Shown here one piece after another: positions 51,211-62,271 of a stretch of DNA of 64,000 nucleotides; positions within the stretch are counted from its first letter, which is position 1; each line of letters begins with the position of its first letter. The DNA is from Selaginella moellendorffii (Eukaryota > Plantae > Lycopodiophyta), in the NCBI RefSeq assembly GCF_000143415.4, contig NW_003314262.1, positions 3,420,405 to 3,484,404 of the forward strand, in the 5' to 3' direction. The notes beneath the pieces were generated by a model. It saw only the letters and a program-made list of their open reading frames with translations. It had not been told where the DNA came from and searched no databases. The position numbers and the translations under genes are program-made.

Positions 51211-51712
51211 CTTAGTGTTGGCAATAGTTGCCCCGGTGACATGTTTTGTAGCGGGGCGAGCCTATGTTATGTAGTCTCCTTATTTTCCCGGCGCTAACTT
51301 TTTTTGTGTAAACTTTGATCAGTTAGAAAAACTGGAGCTCGTTCCGAGTCAGAGTGTAAGCTGCTCGGAAGCTAATCAGTCTTGATTTGAACAGATGGCT
51401 TCTGGTTTACGAGAAAGGCGCCAGAGAATTGACTGTTTACCAAGCGTGAGGGAGAAGAACACTTCTATCAAAGTTGGAACACAACTATTCAGAGATTAAT
51501 AATTTATAAACACAATTTATCAAATAGAAGTGTTTTAAGTACTAAAACATGTTTTTATATAGTACATTAATTGTATCAAAGCACTATGTTAGTTTATCGT
51601 GTACGTTTAAGTTAAAAACAAAATTGCCGTCCACTTCTTCTTATTAATCAAGAATGGCATAGCATGTATTGAGTGAGTGGATTCTTAATTTGGGGCTTAT
51701 ATTTCTTCAAAG

Positions 51713-52066
51713 ATGACTAGTTCAGTATTCTTTCTTGTCTTCTTAGCGGTTGCCATTCAGGTAAATGAGAATTTTATCACTGAAAAGATTAAGAAGACTA
51801 TAACTTCTTTTGTATGCTAGGTGCAAGCATGCGGGCAATTTAGAAATTCCTGCAGTGAAGTCCATGTGTCCAAGGACGGCACGGTCACTACGAATTGTGC
51901 TTCCAAATTGACTCTCACATTTGGTGGCTCGCCTTTTTTCCTTTGCAACGATGAAGGTTCTGTCTGCAGCTATGAAATCAAACATGGAAAACTCGAAGTT
52001 GTAGACCTGGATACCTGTATATCATTTGTCACAGATCATCTGGAGGCTTGTGACCCATGCGCGTAA
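51713..52066 (+). CDS. Secreted 97-aa cyanovirin-N-homology (CVNH)-like protein; exons 51713-51760, 51821-52066
   Basis: Signal exon MTSSVFFLVFLAVAIQ, phase-0 60-nt intron, then CGQFRNSCSEVHV...TTNC...CNDEGSV...DLDTCI. Confidence 0.6.
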
Positions 52067-52120
52067 TTACAAAGGATGTAACTTCTATAGATGATATCAA
52101 TGACTACGTGTTAAACAGTA

Positions 52121-54268
52121 CTAATCTATACTCAAGGTTTGAGTGTCTTTGGAAGTCTGTGTGTAGGAATTTGCGAGCATGACATAGGGGCCGCACTCAC
52201 CCGACTCACGACCCGCAAACAGATCCTTGGCAGCAGCCTTGGCACCGAGGAAAGTCTCCCCGGTGGCCTTGCAAGCCGCGAGCAGCGTCGTCCACGCCAC
52301 CGCGTCCGCCTTGAACGGCATCCTCTCGATAAACCTCTCAGCGTCGGCCAGCCTGCCGGAGCGCGCCAGCAGATCGATGATGCACAAGCAGTGCTCCGCG
52401 TCGGGGAGAATGCTGTAGTCGCTGGTCATGGATCCAAAGTAGGCCAGCGCCTCGTCAACGAGCCCAGCATGGCTGCACGATGAGATGAAGATGATGAAGG
52501 TGACGGCGTTGGGTGTGTGGCCCTCGAGCTCCATCCGGTGGAACAGATCCATGGCGCGCGACCCTTTGCCATGCTGCGCATGAGAGCCGATGATCGACGT
52601 CCAGGTGACGATATCAGTGGCGGGCATCCGATTGAACACCGCCCTCGCGGTCTCTAAGCTCCCGCACTTGCCATACATGTTCACCAGCGCGGTCTCGAGG
52701 AAGCAGTCGAGCTCCACGCCACTGGTGGCGATGGCGGCGTGCACGGCGCGGCCTTGCTGTAGCGCTCCAAGGTTGAGGCACGCGTCGAGCGCGCTGACGA
52801 AGGTGATTTGGTTTGGGCGGAAGCCATCAAGGTTCATGGCGTGGTAGTGGTGGAGCGCCTCGCGGAACATCCCGTTCTGGGCGTAGGCGCCGATGAGCGC
52901 CGTCCAGGAGATCACGTCGCGGTTCTTCATGGCGTCGAAGAGTGATCGGGCGCCGCCAACGCAGCCGTGCTTGCCGTACATGGTCACCAGTGTGTTGGCG
53001 AGGAAGAGATCTTCCTCCAGCAGCGAGCTCTCGGCGAGGAGGCGCTTGACGTAGTCGACCTGCGCGAGGGTGGCGAGGCCTACGACGATGGTGCTCATCG
53101 TGAACTTGTCCGGCTTGATCCCCTCGAGCTGCATCGCCTGGAAGAGCGTGAAGGCCTCGCCGTGGCCCTGGCCATTGTGTGTGTAGGCGGCCAGCATCGC
53201 GTTCCAGCTGATGATATCTCGCGCGGTGAGGCGATCGAACGCGGCTCTAGCTTCGTCCAAGCTCTTGCACTTGGCGTACATGGTGACGAGCGAGGTGGCG
53301 ACGATGGTGTCACTGGTATCCATTCCCAGGCTGCGGATCACGCAGTCGTGGAGACGCCGGCCTTCCTTGAGAGCTCCCACGGCCGAGCATGCATTGAGAA
53401 CGGTCGAGAGAGTCTGCGAGTTTGGCCGGACTCCATGGAGGAGCATCGCGGCGAAGACCCGGATCGCCTCCCAGCCCTCTCCAGCATCGATGCACGCCGC
53501 CACCATCGCCGTCCACAGCCCAACGCTGCCGCTCACGTCGCTGCCGGAGAGTCCTTCTCTTTGATCTTCCTCGCTAGCCGCAAGAGCCGATTCAAAAGCT
53601 TGTCTGGCTTCGTCCAGGCTCCCGCATTTCCCATACAAGTTGACGAGCCCGGTTGCGACGATCAAGTCCGAGAGAAATCCCGCGCTCGCCACCCTCTCGT
53701 GGACCTTTCTCCCCTCTACGACGTCCGCGAGCCTCGTGTAGGCGCTGAGCGCGGTGCTAAACGTAAAGTTGTCCGGTTGCACGCCCTCCTGGTACATGGC
53801 CTTGAACATTCCCACAGCTTCCTCCAGATGCCCGTTCTGGGCATACGCCGAGATCATCACGTTCCACGACCGCCGGTTTCTTTGCGTGATTCGGTCGAAC
53901 GAGAGACGTGCATTCTCGACGCTGCGGCACTTGCCATACATGGTGACGAGCAAGTTGCCGAGGTGGACGCCCTGGTCCTGCCCAGACGCGGCCAGGAGAG
54001 AGTGAAGTCGCTTACCTCGGGCGATGTCTCGGGCCCTCGCGCAGTCGTGGAGCTGCTCGGCGGCGAGCTCGCCATCCAGCAGGGGCGCATTGGGCGATGG
54101 ATCCTTGGGCTGGAAGAACGACGACGAGGCATTGCTCGTCTCCTCCGGCAAGCACTGCTCTGCGGCAACAGCACCCATCTCGCTCCGTCTTCTTCTTCTT
54201 CTTGTTGAACTTTCATGATCGCTTCTCGAGAGTGCCGCCACTGTATTTGCAAATGCCGCGGCTTCCAT
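52121..54268 (-). CDS. PLS-E class PPR protein (no DYW)
   Basis: 715-aa ORF of PLS triplets, WTTLLAACK, PYVMLAN. Confidence 0.92.
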   Translation of the reverse strand: MEAAAFANTVAALSRSDHESSTRRRRRRSEMGAVAAEQCLPEETSNASSSFFQPKDPSPNAPLLDGELAAEQLHDCARARDIARGKRLHSLLAASGQDQGVHLGNLLVTMYGKCRSVENARLSFDRITQRNRRSWNVMISAYAQNGHLEEAVGMFKAMYQEGVQPDNFTFSTALSAYTRLADVVEGRKVHERVASAGFLSDLIVATGLVNLYGKCGSLDEARQAFESALAASEEDQREGLSGSDVSGSVGLWTAMVAACIDAGEGWEAIRVFAAMLLHGVRPNSQTLSTVLNACSAVGALKEGRRLHDCVIRSLGMDTSDTIVATSLVTMYAKCKSLDEARAAFDRLTARDIISWNAMLAAYTHNGQGHGEAFTLFQAMQLEGIKPDKFTMSTIVVGLATLAQVDYVKRLLAESSLLEEDLFLANTLVTMYGKHGCVGGARSLFDAMKNRDVISWTALIGAYAQNGMFREALHHYHAMNLDGFRPNQITFVSALDACLNLGALQQGRAVHAAIATSGVELDCFLETALVNMYGKCGSLETARAVFNRMPATDIVTWTSIIGSHAQHGKGSRAMDLFHRMELEGHTPNAVTFIIFISSCSHAGLVDEALAYFGSMTSDYSILPDAEHCLCIIDLLARSGRLADAERFIERMPFKADAVAWTTLLAACKATGETFLGAKAAAKDLFAGRESGECGPYVMLANSYTQTSKDTQTLSID

Positions 54269-54418
54269 GGCCTTCTCATCACCACCTCTCGTCTCTCGCG
54301 CGCTTCAAGGTAGCCAGTTTACTTAAGTTGACCAGCATTTGACCAGCTGTCGAAGCGTCCAAGAACGAAAAGATAATGAATCCACTAGCTCTCTCTCTCT
54401 CTCTCTCTCCAATGGCTT

Positions 54419-54700
54419 GGGATATTTCGCGAGGACGACCAGCGCGATGACCATGCACCGGCCATCCGCGCTACGGCTTCACCAATCGCCTATTCAACGA
54501 CGATCGCGGCGCGTCGCAACCACGACGAGATCTTTAATCAGTTTCTTGGCCGATGCAGACTAGTCTATTCTCTCTCGCGCACGGCGGCGAGCACATTTCT
54601 TCCAGCTCTCGTCGCGGCCTCTTCACGTCGGCAATGTGCGATCACTCGATGATCTTCTTGCCCGCGATCCTGGACGAGTACCGGGGATTCGCCAGCGCTG
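54419..54700 (+). pseudogene. Fragmented inverted copy of COMT exon 1
   Basis: LFTSAMCDHSMIFLPAILDEYRGFASA identical to the 24.5-kb gene, with internal deletions. Confidence 0.9.
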
Positions 54701-55356
54701 CCCGCGCATCCAGCTCGCCAGGGAGAGAGGAAGATATGGAGAACTTGTTTGGTGCCAAGAGTGTATTGAAATCGTGCCTGGCGACTCAGCAACTTTTTGT
54801 GGAATTTTCAGCTGGCTGACTTTGAAAAGTTGGAGCTCGTTCCAAGTAAGAATGTGAGTTTCTCTCACTTGGAAGTTAATCAGTCTTGTTTTGAACAGAT
54901 GGCTTCTCTGGTTCATCACCAAAAATGACCAAGCCTGGAAAATCGATGCTGCCACTGATCAAAATCACGAGCACGATGGCGAGAAGTATCCTTCCACGAC
55001 TCCCGCAACAAAACTCTAGCTCTGCTGCTGATATGATTTTTATCGTTGTATAAAAACCAAGTGACTTTCAGTGCTCGCGTCTCCAGAGAAGTGTGTCCTT
55101 CTCCCTCGGGCTTGGTAAACAGTCAATTCAGTGGCGCGCGTGCTCGTGGACCCAGGCCGAGATTGGAGGCAGCGCAATTGCATCGACAGCCAAGTTGAGG
55201 AGTGCCGTCTTCGAAATGCTCATCCAGGATCAGCCGAGGGACAAATGCGACTAAAAGAAGTCCATGGCAATCAAAACGAATTGACTAAAATACAGGAAAG
55301 TGTTTAAAGGACTCTTAAAAGAGTGGAGGTGAGTTTTATTTTTTGCCAAGTAGCTA

Positions 55357-56764
55357 TGGCTCGCAACATCATCGCCGCGCCGCCGTCGCCTTATGGAGAG
55401 CACAACACGAGGAAGAGCACGAGGCCACCGCCGCATCATCGTCGGGCGCATCCGCCGTCCCCACCAGAGGCATCAGCAAAGCCCATGAGGCACAGCAGTG
55501 CCACAAAGGCTACAGGGCAGCAGCCGCTGCCACCTTCTTCCACAACAACCACTTGGCTACCGAGGAGGTATGGGCCACCGCCACCTTCTGCTCACGACTC
55601 CGTAACGTGGCAACCAAGGTCACCATCGCCACCATCGCCTGGCTGGAGCTCCTCCTCTATCGCTCCGCCTCCGCCAGCATTGTCGTCACCATCTTCAGCA
55701 GCAGTAGCAGCGTTTGTCACACCGCCTGGGCTGCTCGCGGCAGGCATCATCATGTTCCTGCTTGCTGTGGTGGCCATCGTCAGCAGCATCTGGATAGTCG
55801 TGAAGAGGAGAAGAAACAACGGCAAGGTCCTGGTGCACTTCATCGGGAGCAGCCATCTTCCTCGCGGTGCCAGCAGCAGCAATGGCAGCGAGAATACCTC
55901 GTTCCCTTGAGCGTGATTGAGGACTCACGTCTCAGGGACAAGCTCAATTCCTTCGTTGAAGAGAAGCTCAATTCCTTTGTTGGAGAGAAGGAGCAGCAGC
56001 AGCTTGGAGAGGAGAAGCAGCAGCTTGGTCGACTGTCGCAGCTAAATGCCAACAGGAGAAAAGTGGCTGGTCCTCTAGTCTTGAGGCCTCCAAGGCGACT
56101 ACCACTCCTACCTTCGGCATTTCTCATGGTGGATCCAATCTTTGGTGCACCAGCTCAAGACCGCCTGCTGCTGCCAATTCTGGAGCTGTCTACTGCCTCA
56201 ATGGAGTACCAACGTTTGCCGTTTCTCGGTGTCTACCATCCTACGGTGGATCCAATCGTAGCACCAGCTCAAGACCGCCCGCTGCTGCCAATTCTGGAGC
56301 TGTCAACTTATCAGGGAGCCTCATTGGAGTACCAACCTTTGCCGTTTCTCGGTGTCTACCATCCCACGGTGGATCAAGTCCGGCTGCTGCCACCAATTCC
56401 GGAGCTGTCAACATATGAGGACGAGCCGCCAAAGACTGATCAGGTCCAGCAGGGAGCCTCGGTGGAGTACGTCCATGGCCCTGTTCCCTTGGAGCAAATA
56501 ACTTCGCAAGGTCGGGGGCACGAGGATCCAGTGCCGAGTGTTGCACGTCCAAGCGTCAACAAATGTGACCAAGGAGACGTTGTGGATCCAGTGTCTTGTC
56601 CTGGCATTGTGTTCGATCCTGGAGATGCTATCGCTGCTCGGCTAGCGACAGCAGCAGAGAAGCGAGCGGAGATGGAGAAGGAGATCCACAAGGCCATCCG
56701 TGACGCGTGCATCGCCGAGTGTGAGCGGCTCGAGGCGAAGCGCAACCGCCACAGGCAAGTCTAA
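55357..56764 (+). CDS. Pro/Ser-rich single-pass membrane protein with internal repeats, possibly frameshifted
   Basis: Pro-rich segment, TM LLAAGIIMFLLAVVAIVSSIWIVV, KRRR; a second frame is open to 56764 with about 40-aa repeats. Confidence 0.5.
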
Positions 56765-57288
56765 AGTTGTGTTGATAGAGTATGACTAATGGAGGTGTTA
56801 TAGGAACCGTAAGCTTCATCGGAGAAGCCCGAGGTTCAGTCTGGAACATCACGTTTGGCTGCTGACGTGCACAACTCCTTGCCCAAGGCCAATACGAGCC
56901 TTAAGGTACCATTTTTTGAGTGAAGGTTAACGTTTGTTTGAACTAGTTTTCCACCGAGGAGGTTTAACGCTGCAGCCCGGAGCTTAGAGGCGAAACGAGG
57001 TACGCTTTTCCAGTCGTTTTGGATTCATCATATGCTCTGGTTTGCAGGCGGGATGAAGAATCACAACTAAACGGTTTTTCTAAACCGCATTAGTGCCGGA
57101 GCAAATAGCTCCCGCATTCAATCAAAATTTCAATATCTGGAGTGAAAAGAGATTGTCATCGTCAATCATACTTGACGATTGCAAGTCAGGCTCAGAAAAG
57201 GTTGCGCTTGGATTGCCAAGAAATTCACAGCTGAGAAAGAGATTGAAGACACGGACGATTATTGAGACATTTAGATTGCTTTGTTTAA

Positions 57289-57958
57289 GGGGACTTTTGC
57301 ACTCACTTTTAAATTGAAGTTTTTAAATTAAAGGATTTTAACCTAATTTAAAATTTTAATGCTGTTCTGCATTTACTCATTATGTCTTTACCAATGAAAA
57401 TCCGTTCACATAACCATTTATATTAGGTTATTTAATCACACTTAGTATCTTCTATGCTACAGTGACTGTGGAGGTGCTGTGAATCCCCACAGCTCCAATA
57501 TATTGGGAGCGCTCTCAAGACCCTAGTAGGTAGCGATTGCAGCGATTGAGTGCAATTGATCGATGGGTAGCAACCAGAGTCCTTCACAACTCTAGTAGCG
57601 TAAGGATTGATTGATTGCATAGCTCGAGCGATTGATTGGCACATTGACAGCACCCTACCCTTCTCGATCTTAGCATCGTCTTGCGCAGAGAAGAAATTGA
57701 AAAGGGGACTCCCTTAAGAAATATTCTTGAATATTTTAATTCTAATGCTAGAAAAGTGCAGCATTAGGATTTTAGGGAAAAATACAAAGGAAATGCTAAT
57801 TTTACCATTAGTTTAATTTAATGGTAATTTTTGGTCTGAACGAGTTACCATTAAGTTAAACTATTAAATTAGAATTTCCAAAAACTAATGTAATAGCGTG
57901 GTGGTGTGAACACATTACAATTAAATTAACTTATTTAATGGTGGGTGCAAAACGCCCC
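57289..57958. mobile_element. Tourist/PIF-Harbinger-like MITE
   Basis: TIRs GGGGACTTTTGCACTCAC / GTGGGTGCAAAACGCCCC (15/18 match), TAA TSD on both sides, AT-rich interior. Confidence 0.75.
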
Positions 57959-58930
57959 TAAATCACTAGAACTGATTTGAAATTTGAATGGAAGGTTATA
58001 ATAATATTCTCTAATACAAATAGATATAGCATATTCTAGATATAAATAATACGTGCTCATTTTTCCTGATTCATAATTTCTAATACGCATAGATATTAGC
58101 ATATTCAAGATACGAAACGTAAAAAATATGAATAATAATAGCTAGATGAAACGCTTTTTAAATGCTTTTCATTTGAAAGTTGAAAAACAGATTTGTCTTT
58201 TGGGGATGTAAGGAATGTATAGAAACAATTCCAGGCATATTTTTTATATTAATTGTAACAGTTGTGATGTTCTACTCTTAAACTTTTCTATTTAATTAAC
58301 AAGAATAATTTTTTTAATTTTAAATTAAACTAAAGTTACAGTTTCAGATTAAAATTAATAAGATATTAGGAGTATTAAATAATGCTTGGACATTCTGGCA
58401 TATTTTAAGAGTTGATATACATTTAGAAACATGTCTCAGATCATGCTCACAAAAGTCAATTATTTCACTAAGTACCTACAGTGCATGCAATGCAGCACAA
58501 TCCAGTACAATGTACCTTATTCCCTTCTGGCCATGCCAACCATTTAGTGATATGGCAACTTCCCATACAATAATCCAGCTTCAAATTCAACATGAGAATA
58601 AAAGTAGGTGACAGTATAAATAAAAATCCTACTTTCTCTATTACTGTAAATCCATCATCTTTTTCTAGTAGCTCCTTAGATCAGGGAAAAAGATCACCAT
58701 GTCCAAGTAAGTTCTTTAAGTTATGTTAAAAAAACATTCTCGAAATTATGACCAGGAAAAAGGAGCCTGTATTGAAACTAGCAAACCAAAAAATATACAA
58801 GAACTCAAAGTTTGAGAATATACCAAGAGTATGCAAGTAAAAAGACCCTTTTGTCGTCGTTTTGTATTCAACAAACATTGGTTTTCTGTTTCTTTGGAGA
58901 GTGGAGAGTGGAGTGGAAGCTTCGTCAGTC

Positions 58931-60686
58931 TCATCCTCTCATCCGTTTGGCTTGCTGTTGGTGCTGATGAAGGGTCAACTCCGATGCAGCTCTCTTGCCG
59001 TCGTGTACAAACGGACACTTGAGCCCGTTCCTGCACCCCTTCGGCGTGTTGAAATACGCACACGTCCTGCTGTTGCGTGCCCTGCTCATCCCCTTGTTCC
59101 CTGTCTCCATCCCCGGAACCAACCCATTGCCATAGTAACCATTCTGGTTTCCTGCGAGACCACCGCCACCACCACCACCACCACCACCACCACCATTAGC
59201 ACCGTGTTGCATGACAAGATCCCGGAAGTAGAGCTCGCTTTGCCTCGTCAAATTCTGTTGCTGCTGATGTTGCTGCGGCTGCGAGGTGGGATACATAAAC
59301 TGTTGCTGCTGCTGCTGCGGTTGAACCATCATCGGACTCTTGTTCATGGCTGAAAACCCCCCGAAGATCTCATCGCTCGTCGACACCGAAGCCCGCTGAG
59401 CTTGAAAGGGACTGACCCAAGCCGGAGCTGACGACGAAGAAACCGAAGCTGTCCCTGGAGGAGCCGGAGCTGGAGCAGAACCAGAGCTAGAAGCAGCCGG
59501 CGGGGATGATCCGAGAGAAGGATGCGGCGGCGGCGGTGGCGGGGGATATGAAGAAACAGCAGCCGCCGCCTCTGAAAAACCCATGGACGAAACATTTTGG
59601 GTGATGGTGCTAACAGTGGTGGAGTTACTGGTTAAGTTCTTGACTCCTGCCACCAATTGATTCGGAGGCACTGAACCATTTCCATTTGATGTATTTACCA
59701 ATGAATTGTTTCGTACACCCGAAAGGGTCTCAACGAGCGACGGGTTTGCTAGCAATTGTAAAAGCAGGCTTGGGTCTATGGCGCTGCTCACAGCCGCCGC
59801 CGCCGCCGCGGCCGCTGCGACACCAGCACCACCGCAGTAGCTTCTCGCGGCGGCGGCGGCGGCGATGGCGGCCTCGTTAGAAACTGCCGTGTGGTTAAAC
59901 CCGTAGCTGTTGTATGGCCTATCACACCCAGTTTTACCTTGCCCCGATGTGGAGGACGAGGAGGGTGCCTCGTCCCCGTCCGAGTCTTCGTCCGGAGCTG
60001 ACACGGGGATAACCAACACTAGCCTGTCGTCCAGAGGGGGCTGGATCTCATTTGGAGCTTCCGAAGGACTGTGGACACAAAGACTTGGATTAGCGGGCCG
60101 GCCGAAACAGCGAATTGAAACAGGGAAAGAACTAGGGACTGACCTGCTGGGGATCGCGGTGGAGCGTGGATACACTGCTTCTAGAGTTTTGGTCTCCCGT
60201 TGTCGCTGGATTTCTACCTCGCTGCTCCCTTCGCCAGCTTCTACGTGCCACGAGGAATCTAGTTCGATCTGCGAAAAGGGTGGAAGTTTAGAAAGAGCAA
60301 GCGAGATGGGCGATGTTCCACTACCTTTTGGGGGGACTTCCAGGGGATAGCGGCAGCTACAGAGGCAGCAACAAGCTCGGCATCGGTCTTCAAGCACGAA
60401 ACCACGCCGCCGCCAAATCCCGGAGGAAGATCATCGGTTCTTTGCATAAAGGTCGACGTTTTCCCTTGGAGCTCGTCTTGGTCTTGTGGAATTCCGGCAC
60501 GAAAGGGAGCGTCTTCCGCGAGAAACATGCGCACCTGGAACACACAACCCTTTTAACATACACATTCACAAAAAGAAATCACGCTTGCCATCTTACCTGA
60601 CAAAGATGATCCGCCGGTGCCCATGAAACCCTCTTTCCCCTCGAACGCCGGAGCCTAGTCGGGGGATTTTCGTGTGGCCGCATCAT
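58931..60686 (-). CDS. CCCH zinc-finger protein (plant C3H6/C3H45-like), multi-exon
   Basis: KRVSWAPADHLCQ|VRMFLAED, DDLPPGF, WHVEAGEGSSEV...LEAVYP, C-terminal CAYFNTPKGCRNGLKCPFVH. Confidence 0.88.
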
Positions 60687-61128
60687 CGCCAGGCCCCCAA
60701 ATCCCGGGGGCAACGAAGTCGTGGCCGCCATTCACAAAATCGAGGCTAAAGAACTAGACGAGACGCTCGATTCGCAAAGGAATTGCCTGCTGCTACACTA
60801 GGAAATCCTATCTATTTCTCAAGAAAACAAGAAAAAGGGACCAGATCTGCTCCAAAATTTCTCCCAGATCAAATCCTCAGAGAAAGAAACGAGACGCAGC
60901 ACAATGGCGCTACAACACGCCCTCGCCTTGCCGTCGCCCCGCCGCTAGGGTTTCATACCGGACGCCATAGCCACCCAACAGTGCTAAAGACACGATAGCC
61001 ATGCGATTTCCCCGTGTGCCGCTTAATCACGCCATCCAACGGCTGCCAGCACGAAACATGGACGGTGCAGATTGAGGCCAATCGCCAGCCCTAGTCACTC
61101 GCAGCCGTTGGATTGAGGGGCTGGTGAT

Positions 61129-61138
61129 AAACCCTAAT
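61129..61138 (+). promoter_or_regulatory. Telo-box in the RPL14 promoter
   Basis: AAACCCTAA, typical of ribosomal-protein promoters. Confidence 0.7.
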
Positions 61139-61185
61139 TCCCAATCCAAGCCCTCGACAGCGCAAGGCGGCTGCGGCGTCTGGCA

Positions 61186-61869
61186 ATGGTAAGTGTTCTT
61201 CGCTTTGATCCTGGATGCGGGAGCTCAGATCCATCGCATTCCCGGATTGTAGGGATTCAGGCGCTTTGTCGAGATCGGCCGGGTCGCCTGTATCAACTAT
61301 GGCGAAGATTACGGCAAGCTCGTGGTGATTGTGGACGTGATCGATCAGAACAGGGTAAGCCCAAGCTTGCAAGCGCGCTGTAGAGGCTAGACATTGTGGT
61401 TTTTTTTCCCAGGCATTGGTCGACTACCCCGGCATGATCAGAACGAGCATGAATTTCAAGAGACTGGCCCTCACGGACATCAAGATCGACATCCCCAAAA
61501 TGCCCAAGAAGAAGAACCTCCAGGCAGCCGTCGAATCTGCTGGTGAGAGCCTCGCTTTTCCTCTCTTCTCTTTGTTCTTTCCTCTAGTTCCAGTACTTAC
61601 AAAAAACTTCTTTTTCTCTCTTGTTTCTCTATAGAGGTCCAAAAGAAATGGGAGAACAGCTCGTGGGGACGCAAGCTCATCGTTCAGAAGAAGAGGGCTT
61701 CCCTGAACGACTTCGACCGCTTCAAAGTCATGGTCGCCAAGGTCAAGGTACGCAAGAGCAATAGCGTTTCGTGGTTTTCTCGGAGTTCACGGGTTTTTGC
61801 TGTTGCTTTTCTCAGAGGGCCGCGGTTGTGAGGCGCGAGCTTTCCCTGCTGAAGAAACAAAAGGCCTAG
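61186..61869 (+). CDS. RPL14: 60S ribosomal protein L14 (eL14), 5 exons
   Basis: M|[34 protein letters not shown]|ALVD...[15 protein letters not shown]. Confidence 0.97.
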
Positions 61870-62271
61870 AGACGCATTCTTACGCTCTAGCGAAGTTTTG
61901 TTTTGGTGTTGGTCGTAAGTCGTAACCAGACAGTGTTTCGTTTCTTGTAACACAGCCTTACATTTTGGAAGAAAAGAAAGCTCTCTTCGATTCTCTTCGC
62001 CGTGGAAACCTATGGAAACAACTTTGGAGCCTACGTGGAAACCATGATCGAAACAACTTTAGCTACGAGAATGACGAGAGGAGCTTTACTTTGGTGTCTT
62101 TACGTATCAATCAACCAATCAATCAACATTACAGTGGGAACACTTCTTTGTTGCGTACGTTTAATCACAAGGGAAGAATCGTCTGACGGTATGTTGCCTA
62201 AAGCGGCCGCGTGTGCTGTGTGTGTGTGTGATCATCAAATCAACTTTGATCTTTCATCGTCTCTCACCTAA

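Noticed and set aside
52967-54208. 413-aa plus-strand ORF
   Set aside because: Antisense shadow of the high-GC3 PPR gene.
520-60686. Two PP1-interacting genes in one window as a functional cluster
   Set aside because: About 58 kb apart with unrelated genes between them; likely coincidence.
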